A stretch of DNA of 64,000 bases from Candidatus Bathyarchaeota archaeon (GCA_963772765.1 CAVYYP010000006.1:26091-90090), one strand, 5' to 3'. Positions 36,487 to 45,649 are shown, numbered from the stretch's first letter. Numbers and translations: made by a program. The notes: generated by a model from the letters alone, not told the origin.

Positions 36487-37516
36487 TTAGCCTGAGAATA
36501 CTTTGGCTGTCTTGTAAAGTTCTAGGTCAACTTTTTTGCGTTTGCCAATCACGTCTTTTAGGGGCACAGAAACGATTTTGTTTCCCTGAAGAGCAACCAT
36601 TTTTCCAAATTTTTGTTGATTAACAAGGTCTATTGCTGCTACGCCGTATCTTGTTGCCAGGTACTCTGTCAAATGCTGTTGGAGAGCCTCCACGCTGAAG
36701 GTGTCCAAGAACAACAACACGTGTTTCAACCCCAGTGCATTTTTCGATTTCTCTCCCAAGATAGTAGCCTACACCTCCTAGCCGCGGATTGCCAAACTCA
36801 TCTTGGCCTGCGCCGTAGACTATTTCGTTGCAGCCCTTGGGTTTTGATCCCTCGGCAACTACAACAAGACTGAAAAGTTTGCCCCGCTCAAGTCTCTGCC
36901 CAATATATCTACAGACTTCATTTATGTCAAATGGCTCTTCTGGAATCAAGATTATGTCTGCGCCGCCCGCGATTCCAGCTTCTAGTGCAATCCAGCCTGT
37001 GTATCTGCCCATCACTTCAACAATCATAACGCGGTGGTGCGCCTCAGCAGTGGTGTGGAGCCTATCTATTGCTTCGCATGCAATGTGAACTGCTGTGTTA
37101 AAACCAAATGTGTAGTCGGTTAATCCTAAGTCGTTGTCAATTGTTTTGGGAACTCCAACACACTTGAGTCCAAGCTCGCCCATCCTGTTGGCAACTCCAA
37201 GAGTGTCATCGCCTCCAATGACAACAACAGCATCTATGCCCTGTTTTTGGGCGTTGTCAAGAACTTGTTCTGGTCCACCATCCCGTTTGAAGGGGTTTGT
37301 TCTGGATGTTCCCAAAATTGAGCCTCCACGTGGAAGTAGCCCAGATATTGTGTCCAGAGTTAACGGCATACAGGAGTCTTCTAGTAGGCCTTTCCAGCCA
37401 TCTTTGATTCCGATCAGTTCATAGTTATAGTTACGAATGCCTTTGCGCACTACCGCACGAATAACGGCGTTGATTCCCGGAGCATCGCCGCCTCCACTTA
37501 ACACGCCAACCTTCAA
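36487..37516 (-). pseudogene. pfkA: 6-phosphofructokinase (PfkA family), one frameshift near 36655
   Basis: TTG start, then KVGVLSGGGDAPGINAVIR...GVPKTIDNDL...MGRYTGW...GHLQRGGSPTAFDRV. The frame then changes to LATRYGVAAIDLVNQQKFGKMVALQGNKIVSVPL (ORF 36487..36759). Confidence 0.8.
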
Positions 37517-37727
37517 AGTTTCTTCCTTCTAAACAGAACGTCTCTCTGATTGAATAATTGTTACAACCGTTTTTATTTTTTCCTTCTATTAATTTCAGCT
37601 CATTTTAACTTCACAGTAATTTAATCCGTGGTATCCTTGGATTTGGGGCTAAAATCTGACATAATTTGTTGTACGATTTAATATTCAAATAATAGAGTTT
37701 CATAGTACTAAAGTATTGACTTGAAGG

Positions 37728-38996
37728 TTGGCGCGTATTATGAACTCCAAATCGTTTGACATTGAAAAAACGGTTATTGAATTAGTCATGGCCGACAAAA
37801 TAGAAGTAAAAAAACAGCTTGCAAAACAAATTCGTGAAAAAGCAAAAGAAAATGGGATTTATCCCGCAAGCATTTACAATTTCTATATGGCTCGGGGTAG
37901 GGGCGAATTTCATGGATTTGCCGTTCCAGCCATAAACTTAAGAACATTAACCTACGATTTGGCTTGTGCCATATTTCGAGTGGCAAAAAAGCACAGTTCA
38001 GGTGCTTTCATTTTTGAGATTGCAAAATCAGAAATTGGCTACACCAACCAACCTCCAGTTGAATTTGCAAGTATGATTTTGGCAGCCGCCATAAAAGAAA
38101 ATTATTCAGGACCAGTTTTCATTCAAGGAGACCACTTCCAAGTAAATGCCGCTAACTTTAAGGAAAATCCAGACAAAGAAATTGAAGGCTTAAAAAACTT
38201 AATCAAAGATTCCATAAATGCAGGCTTCTACAACATCGATATCGACTCTTCAACCATTGTTGATTTATCTAAACCAACCATAAAAGAGCAGCAACTGTTA
38301 AACTATGAAGTCTGTGCAAAACTCACACAATACATTCGTAGTATAGAACCAAAAGAGGTTACAGTTTCTGTGGGCGGAGAAATTGGCGAGATAGGCACTC
38401 AAAATTCGACGCCTGAGGACCTGGAAGTGTACATGAAAGGTCTTGAAGAACATCTAGGACAGGGCGTAACAGGAATAAGTAAAGTTTCAGTTCAAACAGG
38501 TACAACCCATGGTGGCATTGTTTTGCCTGATGGCTCAATAGCCCAAATTAAGCTTGATTTTAACACACTGAAAACACTCTCTGAGGAAGCTCGGAAAAAA
38601 TATGGAATGGCAGGAGCAGTCCAACACGGCGCATCAACCCTACCTCCAGAATTTTTCCACAAATTTGTTGAATGTGAAGCCGCAGAAGTCCATTTGGCTA
38701 CAGCCTTCCAAAACATAATTTATGACTCAAAACACTTCCCCGAAGACCTTAAACAAAAAATGTATACCTGGCTAAAAAGTAACCTTGCAAACGAACGAAA
38801 AGAAGACCAAACCGAAGAGCAATTCATTTACAAAACACGCAAAAAAGCCCTCGGACAATTCAAAAAAGAAATCATGTCATTACCCCAACAAATCCGAGCA
38901 ATCATTGCCGCTGAAGTTGAAGCACACTTCGAATTCTTGTTCAAACAACTAAACGTAATAAACACAAAAGCACTAGTAGAAAAATACTGTAACTAA
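37728..38996 (+). CDS. fba: class II fructose-bisphosphate aldolase family protein
   Basis: FAVPAINLRT..., PVFIQGDHFQ, FYNIDIDSS, VQTGTTHG and AVQHGAST correspond to the conserved class II aldolase blocks. Divergent from pfkA. Confidence 0.75.
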   Translation: MARIMNSKSFDIEKTVIELVMADKIEVKKQLAKQIREKAKENGIYPASIYNFYMARGRGEFHGFAVPAINLRTLTYDLACAIFRVAKKHSSGAFIFEIAKSEIGYTNQPPVEFASMILAAAIKENYSGPVFIQGDHFQVNAANFKENPDKEIEGLKNLIKDSINAGFYNIDIDSSTIVDLSKPTIKEQQLLNYEVCAKLTQYIRSIEPKEVTVSVGGEIGEIGTQNSTPEDLEVYMKGLEEHLGQGVTGISKVSVQTGTTHGGIVLPDGSIAQIKLDFNTLKTLSEEARKKYGMAGAVQHGASTLPPEFFHKFVECEAAEVHLATAFQNIIYDSKHFPEDLKQKMYTWLKSNLANERKEDQTEEQFIYKTRKKALGQFKKEIMSLPQQIRAIIAAEVEAHFEFLFKQLNVINTKALVEKYCN

Positions 38997-39009
38997 AAAT
39001 AGTCTGCTG

Positions 39010-39345
39010 GTGACTGGAATGGAGATACCGTTTGAGGAGTTCATGAAGGTTGAGATTCAGGTCGGCGAAGTTGAGACGGCAGAGAAGGTTCCTGAATCAA
39101 GAAATCTGCTTAAACTGATTGTTGATTTTGGTTCTGAAAAGCGGCAGTGCGTTGCTGGGCTTCAGAAATATTATGAGCCTGAAGAGTTGGTTGGCAAGAA
39201 ATTTGCTTTTGTTATGAATCTGCAGAAAAGAAAGCTGATGGGCATCGAGTCTCAGTGCATGATTTTGGCTTCAGAAGATGACATGGGCAATGTGGCTTTG
39301 ATTGGACCTGAACGCGACATTTCTGCGGGCAGCAAAGTCGGATAA
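39010..39345 (+). CDS. tRNA-binding domain protein (Trbp111/CsaA-like)
   Basis: FMKVEIQVGEVETAEKVPESRNLLKLIVDFGSEKRQCVAGLQKYYEPEELVGKKFAFVMNLQKRKLMGIESQCMILA. Confidence 0.8.
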   Translation: MTGMEIPFEEFMKVEIQVGEVETAEKVPESRNLLKLIVDFGSEKRQCVAGLQKYYEPEELVGKKFAFVMNLQKRKLMGIESQCMILASEDDMGNVALIGPERDISAGSKVG

Positions 39346-39349
39346 GCTT

Positions 39350-40186
39350 CTATATTGTGCCTAGTATGAATGCTAAAAGTCCGGTGACAAACCATGCTAG
39401 GCTCAGATTTTTTATTTTTTTAGCGTTTTCTCGGGAATAGTTTCTAAGAAGCATTATCGAGGAGATTGTCAGTCCTAGGTCTGTTATTATTACGGGCGGA
39501 AGGAACCAGTTTGAGACAAGTCCCCATATCCATGGCAGTGGGCTAAGGCAGACGGCTAGAATGGAGAATGTGGCTGCGATTATGGCTGCTGCTTTTGGTC
39601 CATAGCTGACTGCGATTGTTTTTATGTTGTGTGCTTTGTCTCCTTCGACGTCTACTATGCCTTTTGTTATTTCTCTTCCTGTGTTTGAAAGAAATACGAT
39701 TGCAACAAAAAGCAGCGTTGACATTTCCAGTTGTCCTACTGCTAGCCCGCCGTAAATGAAGGGAATCACAACTGTTGCGCTGACCAAAAAGTTTCCTGGA
39801 AGCCCTGTTCCTTTTCCCTTTGTGATGTATGCAACTGAAATTATTAGGGCTATTATGGCTACGAGTAGGCTGGGCAGGTTTGTTTGGGATGCAGATAAGA
39901 GTCCTAGCAGGCTAAGTATCGCGGCGTAGACCAATGCTTGGTTTGGGGTGACATCGCCTCGGGGTATTGGACGGTTTGGTTCGTTGATTGCGTCGATTTT
40001 TCTGTCATAATAGTCGTTTATCACCATGGATGCGGCAGTTAAGGAGAAGGATGTTACAAAACCTAGGATTAGGTTCTGTGTGAAGCTGAGCTGGGAGACC
40101 AGTGATGCTCCTACAATTACTGCAAAGCCCATCATTATGCAGTTCAGCGGGCGAATTATCTGGAGGAATCCTTTGATTTTTGTCAT
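39350..40186 (-). CDS. UbiA-family prenyltransferase, digeranylgeranylglyceryl phosphate synthase-like
   Basis: NCIMMGFAVIVG... and VINDYYDRKIDAINEPNRPIPRGDV; 8-9 TM helices. Confidence 0.8.
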   Translation of the reverse strand: MTKIKGFLQIIRPLNCIMMGFAVIVGASLVSQLSFTQNLILGFVTSFSLTAASMVINDYYDRKIDAINEPNRPIPRGDVTPNQALVYAAILSLLGLLSASQTNLPSLLVAIIALIISVAYITKGKGTGLPGNFLVSATVVIPFIYGGLAVGQLEMSTLLFVAIVFLSNTGREITKGIVDVEGDKAHNIKTIAVSYGPKAAAIIAATFSILAVCLSPLPWIWGLVSNWFLPPVIITDLGLTISSIMLLRNYSRENAKKIKNLSLAWFVTGLLAFILGTI

Positions 40187-40357
40187 AGTAGGGTTTCAGC
40201 TCAGTATGATGTTTGATGTAGAGACCAGTTATGATTCGCACATTTTTAGATTTTGTCCATTTGACGTAAGGAATAATGAGTGTTCTAAGGAGTAGAACGT
40301 GATGTTCTAATGCATGGTAATAAGTAAACTGGGTTGGCATCTGATTAGTGATGAAAA

Positions 40358-40777
40358 ATGATTTCACAAAAGAAAATTGCAGTAATTGCAGTTTGCGCTG
40401 CTGTTTTTGTTTGCCTCAGCGGAGTAAGCTGGGCACTGGTAGACTCTCATTTCAGAGAAGGAACACCTGAACAAATACGCGATTCTACAATGCAGTACAT
40501 TTCAGATAACCATCCGGAGACGGTGCAGTTCATGGACAACTTTGAGTGGACGGGCGGAATATTACAAACAGGACTGCTGGGCGCAGGACAATACATCTAT
40601 GAAAGCCAAGGCTGGACAGTAACAATCAGTTATCCAATAGTTGCAAACCCAACATATGATATAGAAGTCAATTACTCGGTTCCATCAGGAATGATTTCGA
40701 TACCTTACTCAGTCAATTGGGCAGGCACATGGGAAAACAGCGCACTAACAGAAACAGATTATGTTTTTGCGCAATAA
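40358..40777 (+). CDS. secreted hypothetical protein
   Basis: N-terminal anchor KIAVIAVCAAVFVCLSGVSWA; no recognisable domain. Confidence 0.5.
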   Translation: MISQKKIAVIAVCAAVFVCLSGVSWALVDSHFREGTPEQIRDSTMQYISDNHPETVQFMDNFEWTGGILQTGLLGAGQYIYESQGWTVTISYPIVANPTYDIEVNYSVPSGMISIPYSVNWAGTWENSALTETDYVFAQ

Positions 40778-40819
40778 CTGCGCCCCCTCCTTTCTTTTTT
40801 GCTAAATACAGAGAACCAT

Positions 40820-41479
40820 TTAACTTATGTGTAGTCCATAGGCAAGAAACAACATTATGAACCAGATTCCCAACGCTAGCAAAATTGTGAATAAAAGTTC
40901 TGGAATTCTTTTTGGATGCTTTACTGGAAACAGAAACGGAACATTCTGCCTGTATTCAGTATATTCGCTGCTGTTCTCTTTTTGAAGCTTCCAATCTTCA
41001 TATTTAGCTATAGCAATATAGCCAAAAACTTGGATTAACCAATAATTTGTAGTTTGAAACAGCCCCACATTTCCCATCGGACTTGATCTTACGGTCATCA
41101 AAGATAATCCTAAAGTTATTGTGATTATTCCAGTAAATTGGGGGTGCCTAATTTTGGAATACAAACCCGACTGGATAAGCGTGTTTCCTCTGTGTCTGTT
41201 TCGTAAATATTGTGCGAAAGAGAGAAAGAAAACAATAGTTCCTATGAGTGCAATTATTCTGCCAACCCAGTATTCTTTAGCGAAAAGAATGAATTCCATG
41301 TTGAACAAAAAACTATTTGCAAAATTGATGTCTGTTAAAACATACCAGATGTAAGGCAGAAGAGGCATTGACATGATGCCAAAAAATACTCCCATGGCAA
41401 ATATGGTCTGCATGCTGAACAATAGGCTTGCGAGCAAGGCTTCAAAGATGTGCCTTATTCTCTGGGAAATGTTGGTCAT
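40820..41479 (-). CDS. ICMT/PEMT-family membrane methyltransferase
   Basis: LIQSGLYSKIRHPQFTGIITITLGL matches the GLYxxxRHPxYxG core; multi-TM. Confidence 0.7.
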   Translation of the reverse strand: MTNISQRIRHIFEALLASLLFSMQTIFAMGVFFGIMSMPLLPYIWYVLTDINFANSFLFNMEFILFAKEYWVGRIIALIGTIVFFLSFAQYLRNRHRGNTLIQSGLYSKIRHPQFTGIITITLGLSLMTVRSSPMGNVGLFQTTNYWLIQVFGYIAIAKYEDWKLQKENSSEYTEYRQNVPFLFPVKHPKRIPELLFTILLALGIWFIMLFLAYGLHIS

Positions 41480-41582
41480 TATTTTTTGCCAGCACAGAAC
41501 TATGTTGACAGATGTGAAAAGGTTTTGCTAAAAAAGAATGAATGCTTTGATAAATTAAAAAAATATACTTAAAATGGAGAAT

Positions 41583-41927
41583 TTATTGTAGGATTTTTTG
41601 TATCTTGTTGTGGTCAGTATCTTTTTCCATGAATATGCTTAGCTGGTTGTCGTCGATTTTCAGTGAGAGCAGTTTTGTTTCTTCGCTTTCTACTACAATT
41701 GTGTCTGCTTCGTCCATCTGTAGTGAGTCTGTCATGCTGTCAGTTAAGTCGATGATTGCAGAAGAAAGAACGGCATAATCGATTATTTTTGTGGGGTCAC
41801 TTAGGTCTATTGCTGCAGATTTTGTGTCCCTTAAAATGTATCCGATGACGCCTTCTTGTTCCTTTATTTCTTGGAGTTTTTCTTGCAATTCTTCATTTTC
41901 TTCGTTTTGCTCTTTGTCATCTGTCAT
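41583..41927 (-). CDS. Roadblock/LC7 (MglB-like) domain protein
   Basis: Acidic N-terminus, then EGVIGYILRDTKSAAIDLSDPTKIIDYAVLSSAIIDLTDSMTDSLQMDEADTIVVESEETKLLSLKIDDNQLSIFM, which fits the Roadblock pattern. Confidence 0.65.
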   Translation of the reverse strand: MTDDKEQNEENEELQEKLQEIKEQEGVIGYILRDTKSAAIDLSDPTKIIDYAVLSSAIIDLTDSMTDSLQMDEADTIVVESEETKLLSLKIDDNQLSIFMEKDTDHNKIQKILQ

Positions 41928-41938
41928 GTGCTTCCCTT

Positions 41939-42784
41939 CTATAGTAATGGTTTAACCTTTACCTTGTCGCCTTTTCTTAGCGCCAAAGTGTTACAGATTT
42001 TTTCTGGAATTCTAACCTTGCTTTTTCTCTTCATCCTGCCGTCGCTGATTTCTTTCACTTTGCAAAGCGTGGAATTGCCTGCAAACGTTTCAACCCTAAC
42101 ATGATCAATCGGCACTTTTGTTTTTCCTTTTCCTGAGGCTTCATTTGTCCATTCCATCAATGTTTCTGCATCAACCTGCACCGAATCTCCGGCAAAAAAG
42201 CCAGTTAGCACATCAACTACCAGCTCTTTTTCCAGCGAAGGCTCTTCTTCAGGTTCTTCTTCGAGGTCTTCCTCTGATTCTTCTGTTTCTTCTCCGATTT
42301 CTTCGTCAGGTTCTTCCTCAGTTTCTTCGGGTTCTTCTTCAGGTTCTTCCGTTTCTTCCTCGGTATCTTCTTCGGTTTCTTCTTGTTCTGTATCAGATAG
42401 GGTTTGGAGGTGATTGGAACTTATTTGTTCCACAGATTTCAGGATTATTGGCAGAATCACGTCTTTTATGGAATGAATTTGATTTTCATCGGCTTCCTCG
42501 GATGTAGCCAAAACAAGGTACATGTCATCAAGGCTTGAGATGACGAGTTTGCCCTTTTCTGTTGTGGCACTAAAGTTTTTGAGACCGCCGATGGCTTCTG
42601 TTTTCTCTTTTAGTTCCTCAAAAGCCTCGAGAACGTTGTCGATGGTTTCTTCGTCAGTTTCTGGATCTTTGCTTATTATTGATCCAGTGTTTGTAAAAAG
42701 GAAAGAGTGGTGGATGCCAGGGTACGCTTTTTGGATTTCTGTGAGCGCGGTGTCTAATGCGATAGCGTAGGGTTCCCTGTTCAT
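41939..42784 (-). CDS. Roadblock-like N-domain + poly-acidic linker + SpoVT/AbrB-like C-terminal domain
   Basis: N-terminal ALTEIQKAYPGIHHSFLFTNTGSIISKD...GKLVISSLDDMYLVLATS; 53-aa E/D/T/P tract; C-terminal KSKVRIPEKICNTLALRKGDKVKVKPLL. Confidence 0.6.
   Translation of the reverse strand: MNREPYAIALDTALTEIQKAYPGIHHSFLFTNTGSIISKDPETDEETIDNVLEAFEELKEKTEAIGGLKNFSATTEKGKLVISSLDDMYLVLATSEEADENQIHSIKDVILPIILKSVEQISSNHLQTLSDTEQEETEEDTEEETEEPEEEPEETEEEPDEEIGEETEESEEDLEEEPEEEPSLEKELVVDVLTGFFAGDSVQVDAETLMEWTNEASGKGKTKVPIDHVRVETFAGNSTLCKVKEISDGRMKRKSKVRIPEKICNTLALRKGDKVKVKPLL
42236..42394 (-). repeat. low-complexity acidic coding repeat (GAA/GAG-rich)
   Basis: DTEQEETEEDTEEETEEPEEEPEETEEEPDEEIGEETEESEEDLEEEPEEEPS. 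Confidence 0.8.
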
Positions 42785-42806
42785 TTTTTCACGTCCTGCA
42801 CATGAT

Positions 42807-43232
42807 CTAGGAGATCTTTAGCAGAATTTGTTCTGGAACCCCGTCGTTTTGCAGCACCAGATATTTGAGTCCCTCTGTGTCTCCTATTTGGTCAACCCAG
42901 TTAAGTGCATCACGAGCCTTCTGCAGTACCAGGAGTCTGTCCTGTTGGCTGCGGACAACCTGCTCGATTGCTGTTAGTTCGTGGAATGGGTTTGCGTCTA
43001 GGATTACGCTTAGGTCCCCGACAGTTATTTCTCCAAGACTACTTTGGGCAGATTTCTTGCCTGCGAGCTTGAAGACTACCTCTCGTATCTTCTTTGACCT
43101 CTCAGCCAAATTCCTTATGGAATCGAGCCTGCGAAGGTACTCGCCTAGTATGCTTTTTGTCTTGGATATATCTTCATCCATTGCTTTTGCGATATCGACC
43201 GCGGATTCATATTCTTTCAGTTCAATTACCAT
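42807..43232 (-). CDS. coiled-coil hypothetical protein, first gene of the Roadblock operon
   Basis: 141 aa with no P-loop or known motif; GGAGGTG SD-like motif upstream. Confidence 0.5.
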   Translation of the reverse strand: MVIELKEYESAVDIAKAMDEDISKTKSILGEYLRRLDSIRNLAERSKKIREVVFKLAGKKSAQSSLGEITVGDLSVILDANPFHELTAIEQVVRSQQDRLLVLQKARDALNWVDQIGDTEGLKYLVLQNDGVPEQILLKIS

Positions 43233-43315
43233 ATTTACACCTCCAAAGATGGTGAAAGAGGGAGGACTAGCCTACCCCCAAATTTTGTTTAAACAAAGCT
43301 CAAAGTTCAGTCTTC

Positions 43316-43757
43316 TTATGCAGTTGCTGTGTAGGTGAATGCGTTGCCCTTTGACGTTATTAGTTTGACATTGTAGGATGTACCGCTTTCGAAACCTGTA
43401 ACATCGATCACAGATACTTAGTGTATGAAGTCAGTCTTGCAGGTAAGCGTCAACAGCTGTAACTCCATGGCAGTCCAGTAAGCAGTTATACTGTATTCCC
43501 GCCTCCAGTAATTGCTGATGCAACAATGTAACATCTGTTGTTCCAGTGTTATAATTAGTATTGAGCAGTTGTCAGTATCATTGCCGTGTTCTAAGAGCAA
43601 CGTTGGTGATCTTCATTCTTCTGTTGTCCATGAATTGGAAGGTCATGTTGCCCATCCATGCTGCTACGGCGATGGAGACTGCTACTGTTACTGCGATGAG
43701 TATGATGGCTGCGACTACTGGGCTGAGAGCTTTCTTATTTTTTAGGAGTCTTTTCAT
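43316..43757 (-). pseudogene. archaeal type IV pilin-like (class III signal peptide) gene, multiply disrupted
   Basis: MKRLLKNKKALSPVVAAIILIAVTVAVSIAVAAWMGN is a canonical prepilin N-terminus. After ...MKITNVAL the frame stops at 43578. Pilin-like sequence is spread over other frames (NTGTTDVTL; EHGNDTDN...). The tail VSVIDVTGFESGTSYNVKLITSKGNAFTYTATA* follows an in-frame TAA at 43420-43418. Confidence 0.55.
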
Positions 43758-43882
43758 TTTTGTGTTCTTCCCTCCTGTATTTGTCACACTGTGAATTGTA
43801 CAGTAAAGAGATTTAAATCTTACGACTTAAGACAACATATTAGAAAATACGAAAACAAAAACATAAAAAACAAAAAAAGATG

Positions 43883-44215
43883 CTACTCTAAAGCAGCAAA
43901 CAAATCCAAAAGAAGATCAGCTATCTTCTCGCCAAGCTCAGTAATCACATAATACTTCTTCAACGGGTCAATAGCAACGCTCTTAGCCAAGCCAAGATGC
44001 TCCATCTCCATCATCCTAGAACGAAAAGTACCGTCGCTAAGAGTAAGCTTCAACTCGTTCATGAAAGCCTTGGCATTTTTCCATCGCCCATTCTCTAGTT
44101 TCAAAAGAAATATGCAGTCAATGGCATGGTCTTTTTCTAGAGCCGCCTTTATACCAGAAAGTTTCTCACCCGTAAGAATATTCTTAATTTGTTCTTCAGA
44201 CATCTGGTTACACAA
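43883..44215 (-). CDS. winged-helix DNA-binding protein (hypothetical regulator)
   Basis: …LTLSDGTFRSRMMEMEHLGLAKSVAIDPLKKYYVITELGEKIADLL resembles a PadR/MarR-type wing. Confidence 0.45.
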   Translation of the reverse strand: MCNQMSEEQIKNILTGEKLSGIKAALEKDHAIDCIFLLKLENGRWKNAKAFMNELKLTLSDGTFRSRMMEMEHLGLAKSVAIDPLKKYYVITELGEKIADLLLDLFAALE

Positions 44216-44374
44216 CCATTTACATTTAATGGATTATAACAACACGTATTTAGCATTTAACTATATATTACGATTTTTGACATAATACTGCACATATGTA
44301 CTACAAGTCATGACATTTCATCCGCAAAAAACACAAACACCCAAAAACACGAGTGGTGGTGGGCTCACGCATTC

Positions 44375-45499
44375 TTGAAAGCAACAGCACAACCTGTACG
44401 CCTTTCTCAAGATCTCAATCACTTATTCAGTGGGTCAAAAATCGTCATCGCCCACCAAACAACACTAAAGAGCAACACACATAAAAATATACTCAAAACA
44501 AACAGCAGGAAAACAGCATTGCCAAAAAACATCAAAGTAACACCACTAGCAGAAGAAAGCTTCGGAGTACGCTCAATGTGCACCCTCGTAGAAACAGAGG
44601 ACACAACAATACTCCTAGACGCCAGCGCAGCATTAGCCCCAAAAAGACAAGGATATCCTCCGCATCCCAAAGAATACCGCGCCCTAGCAAAATGCCGTGA
44701 AAGAATAAGCGCGGCAGCAGAGCGTGCAGAAATAGTGACCATCAGTCATTATCATTTCGATCATCACACACCCTCATACACGGACTGGTTCACAAACTGG
44801 TCCTCAGCAGAGGCAGCAGAGCAGATTTATGGTCAAAAGATTGTTCTTGCCAAGAGCTACCGCTCCAAGGTTAATGCAAGTCAGCGGCGCAGGGGCTGGA
44901 TGTTTCACAAAAACGGGGGCGACTGTGCACGACGGTTTGAGTTTGCAGATGGAAGAGTCTTTGAGTTTGGAGCAACAAGAATATGCTTTTCTGAGCCCGT
45001 TTTTCATGGTTCAAAAGATTCTGATTTGGGCTGGCTTATAATGGCAACTGTTGAGGTTGGGGATGAGCGGTTTGTTTTTGCGTCTGATGTTCAGGGTCCA
45101 ATGTGCACTCCTACGTTGGAAAAGATATTGGAGAATCGTCCGCAGTTGGTGTTTGTGGGTGGTCCTCCAACATATTTGGCGGGATTTCGAGTAAAAGAAG
45201 AAGATATCGAGAAGGGCTTACAGAACTTGAGGACGCTTGCTGAAAATGTGCCATTGACTATTTTGGGTCATCATTTGTTGCGGGATGAACAGTGGAGAAG
45301 CCATGCTGAGCGTATATTTGATGCTGCAGATGATGCGGGCAACAGGGTCGTTACTGCTGCTGAGTATGTGGGTAAAGAAAATGATTGTTTAGAGTACAGA
45401 AGAAGGCAGCTTTTTGAGTTTGAGCCTCCTAGCCCAGAGTTTAGGGCGTGGATGGGGCTTCCGTTGCATGAAAGAAGACTCACGATGCCGCCAATCTAA
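44375..45499 (+). CDS. metallo-beta-lactamase-fold protein (archaeal UPF0282-like)
   Basis: KVTPLAEESFGVRSMCTLVETEDTTILLDA...TISHYHFDHHTP. The true start is probably the in-frame TTG at 44519, because the first 48 codons are low-complexity. Confidence 0.65.
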   Translation: MKATAQPVRLSQDLNHLFSGSKIVIAHQTTLKSNTHKNILKTNSRKTALPKNIKVTPLAEESFGVRSMCTLVETEDTTILLDASAALAPKRQGYPPHPKEYRALAKCRERISAAAERAEIVTISHYHFDHHTPSYTDWFTNWSSAEAAEQIYGQKIVLAKSYRSKVNASQRRRGWMFHKNGGDCARRFEFADGRVFEFGATRICFSEPVFHGSKDSDLGWLIMATVEVGDERFVFASDVQGPMCTPTLEKILENRPQLVFVGGPPTYLAGFRVKEEDIEKGLQNLRTLAENVPLTILGHHLLRDEQWRSHAERIFDAADDAGNRVVTAAEYVGKENDCLEYRRRQLFEFEPPSPEFRAWMGLPLHERRLTMPPI

Positions 45500-45511
45500 T
45501 TTCTAAAAATG

Positions 45512-45649
45512 TTAGTCCATTTGTTGTTTTACGAGCATTTTTCGGAATTGCTTGGCGTAGACGTAGTCGGATCGTAGGCGTTTTAGTTCGTCTGCCTCTT
45601 TTTCGAGTTTTGCCATTTTTTTTCTAATTTCTTGAATTTTCGGATTCAT
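45512..45649 (-). CDS. 45-aa coiled-coil micro-protein (hypothetical)
   Basis: Own translation: MNPKIQEIRKKMAKLEKEADELKRLRSDYVYAKQFRKMLVKQQMD. Below the track cutoff. Confidence 0.25.
   Translation of the reverse strand: MNPKIQEIRKKMAKLEKEADELKRLRSDYVYAKQFRKMLVKQQMD

Noticed and set aside
16885-43420. Possible stop-codon reassignment (TAA read as Gln). Four in-frame TAAs keep homology on both sides (16887-16885, 25430-25432, 25879-25881, 43420-43418). One replaces a Gln conserved in all paralogues, and the aRF1 N-domain is atypical.
   Set aside because: Many intact genes with normal-length products end in TAA (aEF-2 at 57999-58001, livF at 1076-1078, 11431-13377, 49672-52302). Reading through the EF-2 TAA would add about 30 nonsense residues. 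Every TAA-bearing gene except the truncated MFS fragment also has frameshifts. CAA-to-TAA nonsense mutation in decaying genes is the simpler explanation. A genome-wide stop-usage check is still cheap.
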